DNA of 64,000 nt from Fidelibacterota bacterium (GTDB lineage Bacteria; Fidelibacterota; Marinisomatia; Marinisomatales; Marinisomataceae), in assembly GCA_965212055.1 (NCBI GenBank), contig OZ243041.1, forward strand, positions 352,001 to 416,000, given 5' to 3'. Under the pieces are notes generated by a model. It saw only the letters and a program-made list of their open reading frames with translations, was not told the origin of the DNA and searched no databases. Made by a program: the position numbers and the translations under genes. Of the stretch, positions 10,766 to 22,163 are shown in pieces; position 1 is the stretch's first letter; each line of letters opens with the position of its first letter.

Positions 10766-11224
10766 ATGAGTAGCCAATATACATTTATAGGAGAATATAA
10801 TTTTGTAGTTGATTCAAAGAACCGAGTCAATATTCCTTCTCCATTCCGACAACAACTTAAAAAAAGTGATAAGAATACATTTGTTTTAACAAGAGGTATT
10901 GATTCATGCATATGGGTATATCCTTTAAGTGAATGGAAAAAAATTGAAATTGAATTGAACCAATTATCTTCACTATCCACCACCAATCGTATTTTTTTAA
11001 GAAACCACTTAAGACATGCAAGAATGGCTTCATGCGATGATCAAGGAAGGGTAATTTTATCAAAACAATTAATTAAATATGCAAAAATTGTTAAAGATTT
11101 AACAATTATTGGTGTTTTAAATAAAGTTGAAATTTGGGATAAGAGAACCCTTATCTTCAGCGATAAGAAAACTGTTGTTGATGATGATTCTTACGAAGAA
11201 CTCTCCAAGAAAGTAACTGTCTGA
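10766..11224 (+). CDS. mraZ: Division/cell-wall cluster transcriptional repressor MraZ
   Basis: FIGEY..VDSKNRVNIPSPFR, DDQGRVIL, IGVLNKVEIWD. Confidence 0.95.
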   Translation: MSSQYTFIGEYNFVVDSKNRVNIPSPFRQQLKKSDKNTFVLTRGIDSCIWVYPLSEWKKIEIELNQLSSLSTTNRIFLRNHLRHARMASCDDQGRVILSKQLIKYAKIVKDLTIIGVLNKVEIWDKRTLIFSDKKTVVDDDSYEELSKKVTV

Positions 11225-12111
11225 TGAATTCTATTCCGACAGAAAATCATGGTCATTTTCCTGTAATGTTGTCGGAAACAATTAATAATCTAAATATTCT
11301 AGAAACTGGGTTTTATATTGATGGAACTGTTGGCCTCGGTGGACATTCTTATAAAATTTTACAAAATTTAAAAAATGGATTCTTAGTTGGTTTTGATAGG
11401 GATTCCAATTCAATTAGAATTGCACGAAATAAATTAAGTGATTTTAAAAATTTTGAATTATTCCATTCAAGCTATAAAGATTTAGAAAATGTTCTTTCTA
11501 AACTGAAGATTACCAAAGTGAATGGTATTTTTCTAGATCTTGGTCTTTCTTCTTTTCAATTGGATAGTCCTTCCAGAGGATTTTCATATAGATATAATTC
11601 AAGATTAGATATGAGATTTGATTTAGATAATCAACAAACAGCAGAAGATGTTATTGCAAATTCTTCAGAAAGAGAATTAAGGATAATTTTGAAAGAATTT
11701 GGAGAAGAAAGAAATGCATTCCGAATCGCAAGAGCTATTAAAGAATCAAAAGAAACAATAAACACTGAATCGTTAACAGATATTATAAATAGACTGACTC
11801 CTTATAAATATCGTATTAAGACGCGTGCAAGAGTATTTCAAGCTTTAAGAATTAAAACCAATAATGAATTAGCACATTTAGAGTCATTTCTAGATGTCTT
11901 TATAGATTTCCTTGAGCTTAAGGGTAGAATTGTAATTATTAGTTACCATTCTATGGAAGATCGAATGGTTAAAAATAGGTTTAAAGAGTTAGGTCGAAAT
12001 AAGCAGCTTCAGATCTTATCAAAGAAACCATTTATTCCAACTGATGAAGAGATTACATCAAATAAAAGATCAAGAAGTGCAAAAATGAGAGTGGGAGAAA
12101 AAATTGGCTAA
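11224..12111 (+). CDS. rsmH: 16S rRNA m4C1402 methyltransferase
   Basis: HFPVML, DGTVGLGGHS, DLGLSSFQLD, RSRSAKMR. Confidence 0.97.
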   Translation: MNSIPTENHGHFPVMLSETINNLNILETGFYIDGTVGLGGHSYKILQNLKNGFLVGFDRDSNSIRIARNKLSDFKNFELFHSSYKDLENVLSKLKITKVNGIFLDLGLSSFQLDSPSRGFSYRYNSRLDMRFDLDNQQTAEDVIANSSERELRIILKEFGEERNAFRIARAIKESKETINTESLTDIINRLTPYKYRIKTRARVFQALRIKTNNELAHLESFLDVFIDFLELKGRIVIISYHSMEDRMVKNRFKELGRNKQLQILSKKPFIPTDEEITSNKRSRSAKMRVGEKIG

Positions 12112-12427
12112 ATCGAAGAAGAAAAAAAGATTAACTATAGCTCAGATTGAAAGAAGGGATAATTACAAGTGGGGGGCAATGTTTTTAATAGTTTTTGTAA
12201 GTGTTTATATATATCTAGCGAGTTTCCTAGAGATGGATAAAACACAATCACATATTGATATCCAATTAAAAACATTGAATTTATTGAAAGAAGAATTGGC
12301 TTTAACAGCTAATAAAGTTGAAAAAATGAAAAGATCTGACGCACTATCAAAAAAAGCAAAAACAATTGGTCTTGTTGATAGTAAGCCAGAAACAATTATA
12401 GTAAATACAAAGTTAAATAATGACTAG
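12104..12427 (+). CDS. ftsL: Probable FtsL-like cell division protein
   Basis: Position between rsmH and ftsI; short tail, single TM, coiled coil. Confidence 0.65.
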   Translation: MAKSKKKKRLTIAQIERRDNYKWGAMFLIVFVSVYIYLASFLEMDKTQSHIDIQLKTLNLLKEELALTANKVEKMKRSDALSKKAKTIGLVDSKPETIIVNTKLNND

Positions 12428-14342
12428 AAGCTTTCTAAATTTTAAGAATAGAATACGATTTTTAAGCAGTATGCTATTAATCGTGGGAATACTATTCATT
12501 TTTAGACTGTTTGATTTACAGATTGTAAATGCAACTGATAAATTGCAAGGTTTCAGACAAGAAAATGTTGAAGGGAAAAGAGGAAATATTTTTGATAGAG
12601 ATGGTGGACCCCTTACACAGAATTTAACATTTTATGAAATTGGTATTCATCCTGAATATCTCAATGATAAGAAAACACTTTTAAAAGATCTATCAGACTG
12701 CACTGGTAAAGATATAGATTATTATGAAACCAAGCTTCTTAATACTAATAAATCTTATATAGTTTTAGAGAAGAAAACAAAGAAAAATTGTCGAAATCTG
12801 ACAAAAAAATATCCAGAAATATTAAAAATAGAAAAAGATTATAAAAGATATTACCCACAACAGGAATTATTTGGTCAGATTGTTGGATTTACAGATACTG
12901 ATGATAGGGGAATAGAAGGTTTAGAATATCAATATGATAAACATTTGAAGGGAAAATCCACGTCAAGGGCATTTAAAATAAACAATAGAGGAAAAAGAAT
13001 CTCTGATCCAACACTGAATTCTGAAGATCCTGAAGACGGCTCAGATATATATTTAACACTTAACAAGGAATATCAAGCTATTCTAAGAGAAGAATTAATA
13101 AATCAAATGGAAAAAACTGAGGCAATTGGTGCTATGGGTATCATTATCGATCCTGAAGATGGTAGAATTTTGTCAATGGTTAGCATACCTGACTTTAATC
13201 CGAATTTTCAGCGAGAATTTGAAGCAAATTATAAAAAAAATAGAATTGTCTCAGATTTAATTGAACCAGGATCCACATTTAAGATTGTTACTATTGGTGC
13301 TGCTTTAGAGGATGGTATTAAACCGCTTCAAGAGTATAATGTTGAAGGTCCATATGATTTCCATGGAATAAAGATGGTAGAAGATTATGAACCTAATACC
13401 ATATTAACAATGGAAGAAATCTTGATATACTCAAGTAATATTGGAACAATTAAAATTGCTGAAGAATTAGGAAGAGATCGTATATATAATAAAGCTAAAG
13501 AACTTGGTTTTGGTTCAAAAACTGGTTTAAGTCTTTATGGGGAACCTAATGGAACACTTAAAGATACAAAGAAATGGACCCTTTCTAGTATGCACAGTAT
13601 TCCAATAGGATATGAAGTTTCTGTCACTCCAATTCATGTGGTAATGGCATATGCATCAATCGCAAATGGAGGTTTTTTATTGAAACCATATCTCGTTGAT
13701 AAAGTTATAAAGAATGATAAGACAACTCTTAATAATAAAAAGAGAGTTAAAAAACGTGTTTTATCACAAAGTAATGCTGAAACTTTAAAAAATATATTAT
13801 TCAAAACTATTAATATTGGTTCTGGTCAAAAAGCTTATTTAGAAGGTTGGGATATTGTTGGAAAAACAGGTACTGCAAAAAAATTAGAAACAGATGGTGA
13901 ATATTCAGAATCTAAATTTTTATCAAGCTTTGTTGGATTTTTTCCAAAAGATAATCCTCAATTACTTGCATTGATTATAATAGATGAACCTTCAACTTCG
14001 GATAATCAGCATTTTGGAGGAGTTTCAGCAGCACCTGTTTTCAAATCGGTGATGAATCGAATTATCAATATTGATCCAAGTATTAAAGTGGATAAAAAAA
14101 GAGAAACAAAAAACATAAACGGAAAATTAAAAAAATCAAATCAAGTTTTAATTCAAAAAAATATAGAATTAGTAGTTGTTCCTGATTTAAAAGATAAAAA
14201 TGTAAGAGAAGCAATACAGATTTTGAAACTACGAGGCATAAAACCTCAGATTACTGGTTCTGGTAGAATAGTATCCCAGTCTTTGGAACCTGGAACAAAG
14301 GTGCCAAAAAATTCAATTTGCGAACTAGAAGCTAAAATATGA
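12420..14342 (+). CDS. ftsI: Division transpeptidase FtsI/PBP3 with C-terminal PASTA domain
   Basis: RGNIFDRDG, EPGSTFK (SxxK), SSN, KTGTA; PASTA-like VVPDLKD. Confidence 0.92.
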   Translation: MTRSFLNFKNRIRFLSSMLLIVGILFIFRLFDLQIVNATDKLQGFRQENVEGKRGNIFDRDGGPLTQNLTFYEIGIHPEYLNDKKTLLKDLSDCTGKDIDYYETKLLNTNKSYIVLEKKTKKNCRNLTKKYPEILKIEKDYKRYYPQQELFGQIVGFTDTDDRGIEGLEYQYDKHLKGKSTSRAFKINNRGKRISDPTLNSEDPEDGSDIYLTLNKEYQAILREELINQMEKTEAIGAMGIIIDPEDGRILSMVSIPDFNPNFQREFEANYKKNRIVSDLIEPGSTFKIVTIGAALEDGIKPLQEYNVEGPYDFHGIKMVEDYEPNTILTMEEILIYSSNIGTIKIAEELGRDRIYNKAKELGFGSKTGLSLYGEPNGTLKDTKKWTLSSMHSIPIGYEVSVTPIHVVMAYASIANGGFLLKPYLVDKVIKNDKTTLNNKKRVKKRVLSQSNAETLKNILFKTINIGSGQKAYLEGWDIVGKTGTAKKLETDGEYSESKFLSSFVGFFPKDNPQLLALIIIDEPSTSDNQHFGGVSAAPVFKSVMNRIINIDPSIKVDKKRETKNINGKLKKSNQVLIQKNIELVVVPDLKDKNVREAIQILKLRGIKPQITGSGRIVSQSLEPGTKVPKNSICELEAKI

Positions 14343-15682
14343 ATCTAAAGAAAACAAATATTAGTATTATCGGATTAGGTGATAGCGGTTATTGGTCTGC
14401 TAAGCTAGCATCATTACTTGGGGCTAATGTATTTGTCTCTGATTCAAAAGAAAATATTAATGAAGATTATATCCAAGATCTAACCGATTTAAATATAAAA
14501 GTTGAACTCGGAAATCATTCAAAAGAAGTCTTGAATTCAGATTTAATAATCAAATCTCCTGGAGTTCCTAAAAATATAGAGATTTTGCAAGAAGCTAAGA
14601 AAAATAATATCCAGATTATTGGTGAAGTTGAATTTGCCTATAGATTTTCTAATCTAGAATTAATTGCTATTACTGGAACTAATGGAAAAACAACTACAGT
14701 TAGTTGTTTACACAAAATATTATCAAAGAAATTTAATGTTATCAAATCTGGAAATATTGGTATTCCTTTCTCAAAGATTGTTTATGAAGAGAATAAGAAT
14801 ATGATCACAGAAAATGATTTTTGTATTCTTGAATTATCTAGTTTCCAAACTGAAGATATACAAGAATTGAAACCTAAGATAGCACTTATCTTAAATATTA
14901 CAGAAGATCATTTAGATCGATATGATGATTTTACAAGTTATTGTAAGTCAAAAATGAATCTACTCAAAAACATGGGTAAAGATGATTTGGTCATATATAA
15001 TTGCGATGATGAAATAATATCGAAAGAAATCAAAAAAATAAATGTTCCTTGTATAAGCTATTCTTTGAATAAAGAACATAGTCAATTTTATTTAGAAGAT
15101 AATAAGATAAGATCTTCTTCTAATGAAAATTTTCTTTTGACAGATGATTGCAAATTAAAGGGTATACATAATATTTCAAATTTCATTGGTATTGCTACCA
15201 TTGCAAAAAAATTGAATATAAATGATCAATTAATTTTCTCTTCTTTAAAAGAGTTTGAAGGTTTGGAGCATAGATTTGAATTTGTTAACGAGATTAATGG
15301 TATAAAATTTATTAATGATTCTAAAGCAACAAACATTTCATCAGTAGAAGTAGCTATAAAATCTATTGGAAAGAATGTTCTTCTTATAATGGGTGGATTA
15401 TCAAAAGACTCAGATTTTTCTAAAATTTTACAATATCATAGTGCAATCAAATTAATAATAGCATATGGTATGGCAGCAAAAGATATTACAGCTTCTTTAT
15501 CCTCTTCGATACATGTAATAGAACAAAATAAGTTTAAAGATGCTGTTGATAATGCTTTTGCTTTAGCAAAAGAAGGAGATTCTGTTTTAATGTCACCTGC
15601 ATGTGCAAGTTTTGATCAGTTTGATAATTTTGAACATAGAGGCTCTTTCTTTAAAGAAATTGTTAACGGATATGCATCATGA
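14339..15682 (+). CDS. murD: UDP-MurNAc-L-Ala--D-glutamate ligase
   Basis: ITGTNGKTTT, ELSSFQ, DHLDRY, NDSKATN, SPACASFDQF. Confidence 0.97.
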   Translation: MNLKKTNISIIGLGDSGYWSAKLASLLGANVFVSDSKENINEDYIQDLTDLNIKVELGNHSKEVLNSDLIIKSPGVPKNIEILQEAKKNNIQIIGEVEFAYRFSNLELIAITGTNGKTTTVSCLHKILSKKFNVIKSGNIGIPFSKIVYEENKNMITENDFCILELSSFQTEDIQELKPKIALILNITEDHLDRYDDFTSYCKSKMNLLKNMGKDDLVIYNCDDEIISKEIKKINVPCISYSLNKEHSQFYLEDNKIRSSSNENFLLTDDCKLKGIHNISNFIGIATIAKKLNINDQLIFSSLKEFEGLEHRFEFVNEINGIKFINDSKATNISSVEVAIKSIGKNVLLIMGGLSKDSDFSKILQYHSAIKLIIAYGMAAKDITASLSSSIHVIEQNKFKDAVDNAFALAKEGDSVLMSPACASFDQFDNFEHRGSFFKEIVNGYAS

Positions 15683-16797
15683 AAATTAATATTAAAGAGA
15701 AAAAACAAGATAAATGGTTACTTTGGACGGTTGTTTTCCTAGTTACTCTTGGTTTGCCAATGCTTCTTATTGCAAGTTCCCCTGAAGTAGGTTATTCATA
15801 TTTTCTTAGACAGGCTGCAAAACTTGTTCCTGGAGTATTAATACTGCTATTTATGTCCTATTTTAATTATAGACATCTCCAAAAGTTGGCTTGGTTTTTA
15901 ATGGGTACTTCATTTTTTTTATTATTGTACACAAAACTTCAAGGAGATTTTAGATGGATTTCCATTGGACCAATCTCATTTCAAGTTGCCGATTTTGCCA
16001 GATTCTCAGTAATAGTATTTTTAGCTGACTATATTGATAAAAACTATAAAAATATGAATCAATTTCTTACAGGAATTGTTTTTCCAATTCTTGTTGTTTC
16101 TCCAATTGCTCTTTTAATATGGAGTCAGCCTGATTTATCTACTGCAATGGTGCTTATGGCCATTGTTTTTTCGCTATTATTTGTTGGTGGGACAAGATTA
16201 GTACAGTTTTCTACCACAGTTTTATTAGCGGGAAGTTCTTTCTTAATATTTGCTCTTAATAGAGGAAATTATTGGACAGATAGAATAGTTGACTTTGCAA
16301 ATGGAATTCTAGGTATTGCATCTAGCGATAATTCAGCAACAGTATTCCATGCAACGCAAGCAGAAATTGCACTTAATCAAGGCGGTCTATCTGGAATGCT
16401 TGGAGCAGGCACACAAAAATTAGGATATCTACCAGAACAATATTCAGACTTTATTTTTGCAATTGTTGGCGAAGAGCTTGGATTCATAGGTACTACAATT
16501 CTCATTGTTGCCTATATGATTATTTTTTATCGAGTTATACAGATTGCAAAAAATTCAAATGATATTTTTGGAATAATCTTAACTATCGGTTTTGGATTAA
16601 GTATTACTTATTATGCCTTCGTTCATATTGGATATGTTGTAGGCATGCTTCCTGTGACTGGAATTCCTCTTCCTTTTATCAGCCATGGTGGATCGGCTTT
16701 AATAATGAATTTATTGATGATAGGTATTCTTTTAAATATTAGTAAAGCTCAACGAAAATTAAATGTTAAAGAATGGAGACCTCGCATTGGTACGTAA
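15679..16797 (+). CDS. ftsW: SEDS peptidoglycan glycosyltransferase FtsW
   Basis: Multi-TM; RWI, QPD, LPEQYSDFIFAIVGEELG, LPVTGIPLPFISHGGS; dcw position. Confidence 0.93.
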   Translation: MKINIKEKKQDKWLLWTVVFLVTLGLPMLLIASSPEVGYSYFLRQAAKLVPGVLILLFMSYFNYRHLQKLAWFLMGTSFFLLLYTKLQGDFRWISIGPISFQVADFARFSVIVFLADYIDKNYKNMNQFLTGIVFPILVVSPIALLIWSQPDLSTAMVLMAIVFSLLFVGGTRLVQFSTTVLLAGSSFLIFALNRGNYWTDRIVDFANGILGIASSDNSATVFHATQAEIALNQGGLSGMLGAGTQKLGYLPEQYSDFIFAIVGEELGFIGTTILIVAYMIIFYRVIQIAKNSNDIFGIILTIGFGLSITYYAFVHIGYVVGMLPVTGIPLPFISHGGSALIMNLLMIGILLNISKAQRKLNVKEWRPRIGT

Positions 16798-17875
16798 AGT
16801 TAACATAGTATTTTGTGGTGGTGGAACAGGAGGTCATTACTATCCGTTGATGGCAATTAAACAAGAACTTGATAAAAAGTTAAAAAATAAAAGCATGTAT
16901 TATATTGGATCAAAATATGGAATTGAATCACAAAAAATAATTTCTGAAAATTTAGAAAGTTTATTAATTCCAATTAGAGGATTAAATCGATCTTTTAGTA
17001 TCAAAAATTTGGTAAATAGCTTTTTCTTATTGTTTGAATTATTTTTTGGTTTTATAAGAGTATTTTTATTTTTCCTAAAGAACAAGCCAAATTTAGTTAT
17101 TGCAACTGGTGGATATTCTTCCTTTTTACCTCTTCAAGTAGCTAGAATATTCAATATCTCATACTTTTTACATGATCAGAATTCATTTCCTGGTATTGTA
17201 ACTAGATTATTTGGTAAGAAAGCAAAAATTGTCTTTCTCGGATTTGATAGTGCAAAAACTTATTTAAAAAAATCAAATACTATATTCTCTGGAAATCCAT
17301 TACATAGTAAATCCTACAAAGATATATCATTAGATATTGATAATAAAAAAAGAGTGTTACTTGTTGTTGGAGGAAGTCAAGGATCAGAATTCTTAAATAA
17401 TCTTGTTTTGGAGGGAATTAAGAAAAATGTTATTCCAGATATTAATCTTATTTGGCTTGTGGGAAAAAATAACTTTAGTAAGTATGAAAAATACAGTAAT
17501 AGTTCAATTAATGTATTATCATTCGTTGAAAATATGCCTTACCTATATAGTATTGCCGATTTAGTTGTATCAAGATCTGGTGCAATGACAGTATCCGAAT
17601 TATTACAATTTGAGAAACCTGCAATTTTTGTACCATTTAGATTTGCTGCAGAAAACCATCAATACTATAATGCTAAAGTTTTAGAGGAGAATTTTGCATC
17701 TATCATTATGCAAGAGAAAGATATAACAAGTAAATCATTATTTAAAAAAATTAATGAAATATTTACCAATGAGAGAATTTATTCTTCTATGAGAAAGAAT
17801 ATAAAAGCAATGAACAAACCTAATTCTTTAAAAATCATTACTGACAATATTTTGGAGCATTTACATGCTAATTAG
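16787..17875 (+). CDS. murG: Undecaprenyl-PP-MurNAc-pentapeptide GlcNAc transferase
   Basis: GGGTGGH, GGY, HDQN, GGSQGS, SRSGA. TTG start at 16787 preferred over 16763. Confidence 0.96.
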   Translation: MVRKVNIVFCGGGTGGHYYPLMAIKQELDKKLKNKSMYYIGSKYGIESQKIISENLESLLIPIRGLNRSFSIKNLVNSFFLLFELFFGFIRVFLFFLKNKPNLVIATGGYSSFLPLQVARIFNISYFLHDQNSFPGIVTRLFGKKAKIVFLGFDSAKTYLKKSNTIFSGNPLHSKSYKDISLDIDNKKRVLLVVGGSQGSEFLNNLVLEGIKKNVIPDINLIWLVGKNNFSKYEKYSNSSINVLSFVENMPYLYSIADLVVSRSGAMTVSELLQFEKPAIFVPFRFAAENHQYYNAKVLEENFASIIMQEKDITSKSLFKKINEIFTNERIYSSMRKNIKAMNKPNSLKIITDNILEHLHAN

Positions 17876-19232
17876 TGCAAAAAATATCCATTTTGTTGGT
17901 ATCGGAGGTATCGGAATGAGTGGTATTGCAGAATTATTGCATAATCAGAAATTTAATATTACTGGATCTGATTTAACTCAATCTACTAACGTAGATAGGC
18001 TTCGAAAACTCAATATTGAAATATCCATAGGGCACAAAGCGGAAAATATCAATGGATCTGATATTGTAGTTTACTCTGATGCTATTCCAAAAGACAATTG
18101 TGAATTAATAGAGGCGAAGAAACAAAATATTATGTGTTATTCTAGAGCAAAAATGATTTCACAGCTTGCAAAATTGAAAACTTCTACAGTTGCGATTTCT
18201 GGTACACATGGAAAAACAACAACAACATCAATGATTGGTTCAATATTAAAAGATTCTGAATTGGATCCTACAATTATTGTTGGAGGGGTTGTTAAATCTA
18301 TCAATACTAATTCAGTATTAGGTGAAGGAGATATTTTTGTAGTTGAAGCTGATGAATACAATAGAAGTCTTTTAGAACTCAATCCTACCATAGCTCTTAT
18401 CAACAATATTGACTTAGAACATGTAGATTGCTATAAGGATATAGATGATTTAAAAAGAACTTTTCTTGAATTTACAAGTCCTATTCCATTTTATGGGGCT
18501 GTAAGTATCTGCAAAGATTCTGAGAATGCTGCCTCATTAATTGAGTCAATTGATAAACCAATTTTTACTTATGGAATCAAATCAAAAGATGTTGATTTTA
18601 GAGCAGAAGATATTGTACAGGAAAATGGTAAAACTACATTTAACCTAATTACAAAGAATAAAAAATATCCTATATCGATAAATCTTCCTGGTCAATATAA
18701 TGTATTAAACGCTTTAGGAGCTATTTCAATAGCTACCATAATGAATATTCCGATAGATAAGATTACCACAAGTCTAAATGGTTTTGATGGGGTAAAAAGA
18801 AGATTTGATATTAAAACTCACAGTGAAGAATTAACAATTATTGATGATTATGGACATCATCCAGTAGAAGTAGAGAGTGTTATAAAAGCAATAAAAGATA
18901 ATTGGGATAGAAGGTTAGTAGTAGCTTTTCAACCTCATCTTTATTCAAGAACAGCGCAATTTTCCAAAGAATTTGCACAATCTCTCTTGTTAGCTGATTC
19001 AGTACTAGTAACTGAAATCTTTGCATCTAGAGAATCAATGAATGAATCTATTAATTCTGAAAAGATTGTAGAGGAAATGAAAAATTTAGGACACAAATCG
19101 GTCTCTAATACAACATTAGAAAATTTGATTAATGATATAGAATCAAATTACAAAAAAGGAGACATAATTCTAATGATTGGAGCAGGAAATATATGGCGAT
19201 ATTGTGATCCACTTAAGGATAGACTGGTATAA
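17865..19232 (+). CDS. murC: UDP-N-acetylmuramate--L-alanine ligase
   Basis: HFVGIGGIGMSG, GTHGKTTTT, EADE, DDYGHHP, FQPH. Confidence 0.97.
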   Translation: MLISAKNIHFVGIGGIGMSGIAELLHNQKFNITGSDLTQSTNVDRLRKLNIEISIGHKAENINGSDIVVYSDAIPKDNCELIEAKKQNIMCYSRAKMISQLAKLKTSTVAISGTHGKTTTTSMIGSILKDSELDPTIIVGGVVKSINTNSVLGEGDIFVVEADEYNRSLLELNPTIALINNIDLEHVDCYKDIDDLKRTFLEFTSPIPFYGAVSICKDSENAASLIESIDKPIFTYGIKSKDVDFRAEDIVQENGKTTFNLITKNKKYPISINLPGQYNVLNALGAISIATIMNIPIDKITTSLNGFDGVKRRFDIKTHSEELTIIDDYGHHPVEVESVIKAIKDNWDRRLVVAFQPHLYSRTAQFSKEFAQSLLLADSVLVTEIFASRESMNESINSEKIVEEMKNLGHKSVSNTTLENLINDIESNYKKGDIILMIGAGNIWRYCDPLKDRLV

Positions 19233-20158
19233 TGCAACAATTGAAAGAATATATTATAAATGATACAAATTCAACGGTTTTAGTTGATGAATCGATGAAG
19301 AAACATACAACGTATGGTATTGGTGGTCCTGCGGAAATGTTTGTTTTGCCATCCAATAAAGAAGACTTGATTAGAGTGTTTGAAATAAGTAGAGAAGCTA
19401 ATCAAGAAATTAATGTTATTGGTTCCGGATCTAACTTATTAGTTAGTGATAATGGCATTAAAGGAGTGGTGATTTGTATCAAAGATTGTCTAAAAAATTT
19501 GGAAGTAAACAATAATAAAATTTATGCAGAATGTGGAGTAATGTTGGGAAAATTAGTAAGAGAATCCATTAAAAATAATCTAAAAGGTTTAGAAAATCTT
19601 GTTGGAGTTCCAGGTACTCTTGGAGGGGCATTAATTATGAATGCTGGTGCATGGGGAGGCGAAGTTTCAAATTGCTTGAAGAGCGTAGAATTACTTGATT
19701 CTGATAACCAGCTCGTAACTTTATTAAAATCTGAGATTGATTTTGGTTATAGATCCTCTTCGTTTAAAAATGGAAGCATACTTTTATCAGCAATATTTGA
19801 TCTTACTTTATCGGATGAAAATTTAATAAAAGACCAATCTCAAATAGCTCAATCTGGAAGAAAAGATACACAACCATTGAACTATCGTTCTGCTGGTAGC
19901 GTATTCAAGAATCCTTCAAAAGATAATCCTGCTGGAATGTTAATTGATAAAGCAGGATTAAAAGGTTTGACTATTGGACAAGCACAAATTTCTGAAAAAC
20001 ATGCAAATTTTTTTGTGAATGTAGGAGATGCAAAGGCAGAAGAGATGTTGGCTTTAATAAAGAAAGCAAAATTTACGGTCAAAGATAAATTTGATATAGA
20101 AATGAATTTGGAAGTGAAACTAATGGGTTTTGAAGAGAAAGAAATTGAGTCATTATGA
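19232..20158 (+). CDS. murB: UDP-N-acetylenolpyruvoylglucosamine reductase
   Basis: HTTYGIGGPA, GSGSNLL, MNAGA, SAGSVFKNP, SEKHANF. Confidence 0.97.
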   Translation: MQQLKEYIINDTNSTVLVDESMKKHTTYGIGGPAEMFVLPSNKEDLIRVFEISREANQEINVIGSGSNLLVSDNGIKGVVICIKDCLKNLEVNNNKIYAECGVMLGKLVRESIKNNLKGLENLVGVPGTLGGALIMNAGAWGGEVSNCLKSVELLDSDNQLVTLLKSEIDFGYRSSSFKNGSILLSAIFDLTLSDENLIKDQSQIAQSGRKDTQPLNYRSAGSVFKNPSKDNPAGMLIDKAGLKGLTIGQAQISEKHANFFVNVGDAKAEEMLALIKKAKFTVKDKFDIEMNLEVKLMGFEEKEIESL

Positions 20159-20922
20159 ATATTAACAAAATAAAAGAGTTTTTTATATCTTGTTCACGCT
20201 ATATAGAAATTCCTTTCTTTTTGTTAAGAATGGGAATAATAATTTTCTTGGCCATTAAATGGGCGGCATTTAATGATATGTTTACCATTAAAAATGTTGA
20301 GATTGATGGTATAAATTATTTTGATGAAACTCCATTACTCTCTTATAAAGATAAAATTAATAATCATCACATTCTATTTTTTGATTTAAAATCTTATAAG
20401 AATGATATTCAATCTCTAGAGTATATAAAAGATTGCAAGATTTTTAGGACATTTCCTCAAACAATTAATATTACTATCTATGAGAGAGAGCCTATTGCTA
20501 TAATAAATGCAGAAGATTTAATTATGCTGGATTCTGATGGTATTTGTTTACCAGTCCAATATTCTAGTATGTCTCTTCCAATATTGTCGAATTTTAAAAC
20601 CAACAAAGAGTTATATCCAAGAGGGGAAAAAACCAAATCTTTAAATGTTCTGAAGTCTGTGGATATTATCAGATATTCAAAGAAAAACTTTGCGAGTTTA
20701 TATGAAGAAATTTCAGAATTTCTTTTTAATGAAGAAAATGAATATGAAATAATTCTCAAGAATGGTAAAACAAAAATTTTACTTGGATCAGATGAGATCT
20801 TTAAAAAACTAGATTATTTGCAAGCTTTTGAAAGCGCTTTGCCTGACGATAAAAACTTTAATATTTATAAGTACATAGATCTTAGATATAAAAATCAAAT
20901 AATAGTTAGAGAAAGAATATGA
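20155..20922 (+). CDS. ftsQ: Cell division protein FtsQ/DivIB
   Basis: TM plus POTRA domain (RTFPQTINITIYEREP) and C-terminal YIDLRY. Confidence 0.88.
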   Translation: MNINKIKEFFISCSRYIEIPFFLLRMGIIIFLAIKWAAFNDMFTIKNVEIDGINYFDETPLLSYKDKINNHHILFFDLKSYKNDIQSLEYIKDCKIFRTFPQTINITIYEREPIAIINAEDLIMLDSDGICLPVQYSSMSLPILSNFKTNKELYPRGEKTKSLNVLKSVDIIRYSKKNFASLYEEISEFLFNEENEYEIILKNGKTKILLGSDEIFKKLDYLQAFESALPDDKNFNIYKYIDLRYKNQIIVRERI

Positions 20923-22148
20923 GCAATCCATTACATGTAGCTTTTGATTTAGGTTCTTTTAGTATCAAGGGTGCTGTGGGAAGAGTAAATCAGGACCAAG
21001 AATTAGAGATTTTATCTATTCAAACTATTAAAACTGAAAGCATAGAATGTGGAACTATCGTTGATAAAGAAAAATTAAGAAAAGATTTGGAATATTTAAT
21101 AGATAGACTTGAAAAAGAAGCAAAAATTAACATTAAAGATGTTATGGTTTCACTGTCAGGTGAAACTATTAAATCTATTAATTCATTAAGTCGTACCAGC
21201 ATAAATGATAGTACCGATTCTAAGATAGATGAAGAAATTAAATCAAAACTTTTATCGCAGTGTGCTGATATTCAAGTTTCTACAGGCAGACATATTTTAC
21301 ACAAGATTTCTCAAGGATTTGTTATAGATGATTCACCTCTCGTTCGTAATCCTCTTGGGATGCGTGGGAAAATTGTTGAAGCAAGAGCTCACATAATTCA
21401 TGTTCAAGAATTCAATTTGGCTCAAATTGATGCATGTTTTACTGGAGATTTAGCAATTGATATTAATCCAGTATTTGATGGTTTAGCATCCTCTTATGGC
21501 AATCTTTCAGAAGACGATAAGAAGCTCGGAGTTGTGTTTGTAGATATTGGTTCTGATAAAACTAATGTTGTAATCTATAAAGACAAATATCTTATTCACT
21601 CAAAGGTGATTCCTATAGGATCTAGTTTAGTGACAAAAGATTTAGCGACAAGATTTGATACATCAATTCAACATGCAGAAGAAATAAAAAGAAAACATGT
21701 ATCTGCACTATCAAAACTTGCTGATGTTGAATCAAATTTTGAGCTACCAATAGAAAACGATGATTTAAAAAGAAAATTTAATAAGAAAGAAGTCTCAGAA
21801 ATCGCAGAATCAAGGTTTAAAGAAATAATTAATAAAGTGAATGAAGAAATTCAAGCTTCAGGGGTAAATATATTAAAATTTGGATCGGGTATTAAAATTA
21901 CTGGAGGCGGAGCAAATGTAAAAAACCTTGATTTACTAGTTAAGGAACAACTAGGAACAAAATGTGAATATTTACAACTAAAGAAGACAGTCTTCAAAGA
22001 AAATTTAGAGGACAAACGAGAATATGCAACGCTTATTGGTCTATTATTATGGCCAATATCGCATGTAGAAGACGATAGCCCTCTTATTGGTATTAAAAAA
22101 TCATTTACAGAAAACTTTTCAAATATATGGAAAGGTTTCTTTGAATAA
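20919..22148 (+). CDS. ftsA: Cell division protein FtsA
   Basis: FDLGS, NPLGMRG, VDIGS, IPIGS, ITGGGA. Confidence 0.93.
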   Translation: MSNPLHVAFDLGSFSIKGAVGRVNQDQELEILSIQTIKTESIECGTIVDKEKLRKDLEYLIDRLEKEAKINIKDVMVSLSGETIKSINSLSRTSINDSTDSKIDEEIKSKLLSQCADIQVSTGRHILHKISQGFVIDDSPLVRNPLGMRGKIVEARAHIIHVQEFNLAQIDACFTGDLAIDINPVFDGLASSYGNLSEDDKKLGVVFVDIGSDKTNVVIYKDKYLIHSKVIPIGSSLVTKDLATRFDTSIQHAEEIKRKHVSALSKLADVESNFELPIENDDLKRKFNKKEVSEIAESRFKEIINKVNEEIQASGVNILKFGSGIKITGGGANVKNLDLLVKEQLGTKCEYLQLKKTVFKENLEDKREYATLIGLLLWPISHVEDDSPLIGIKKSFTENFSNIWKGFFE

Positions 22149-22163
22149 AAAAAGGAGAGAGTA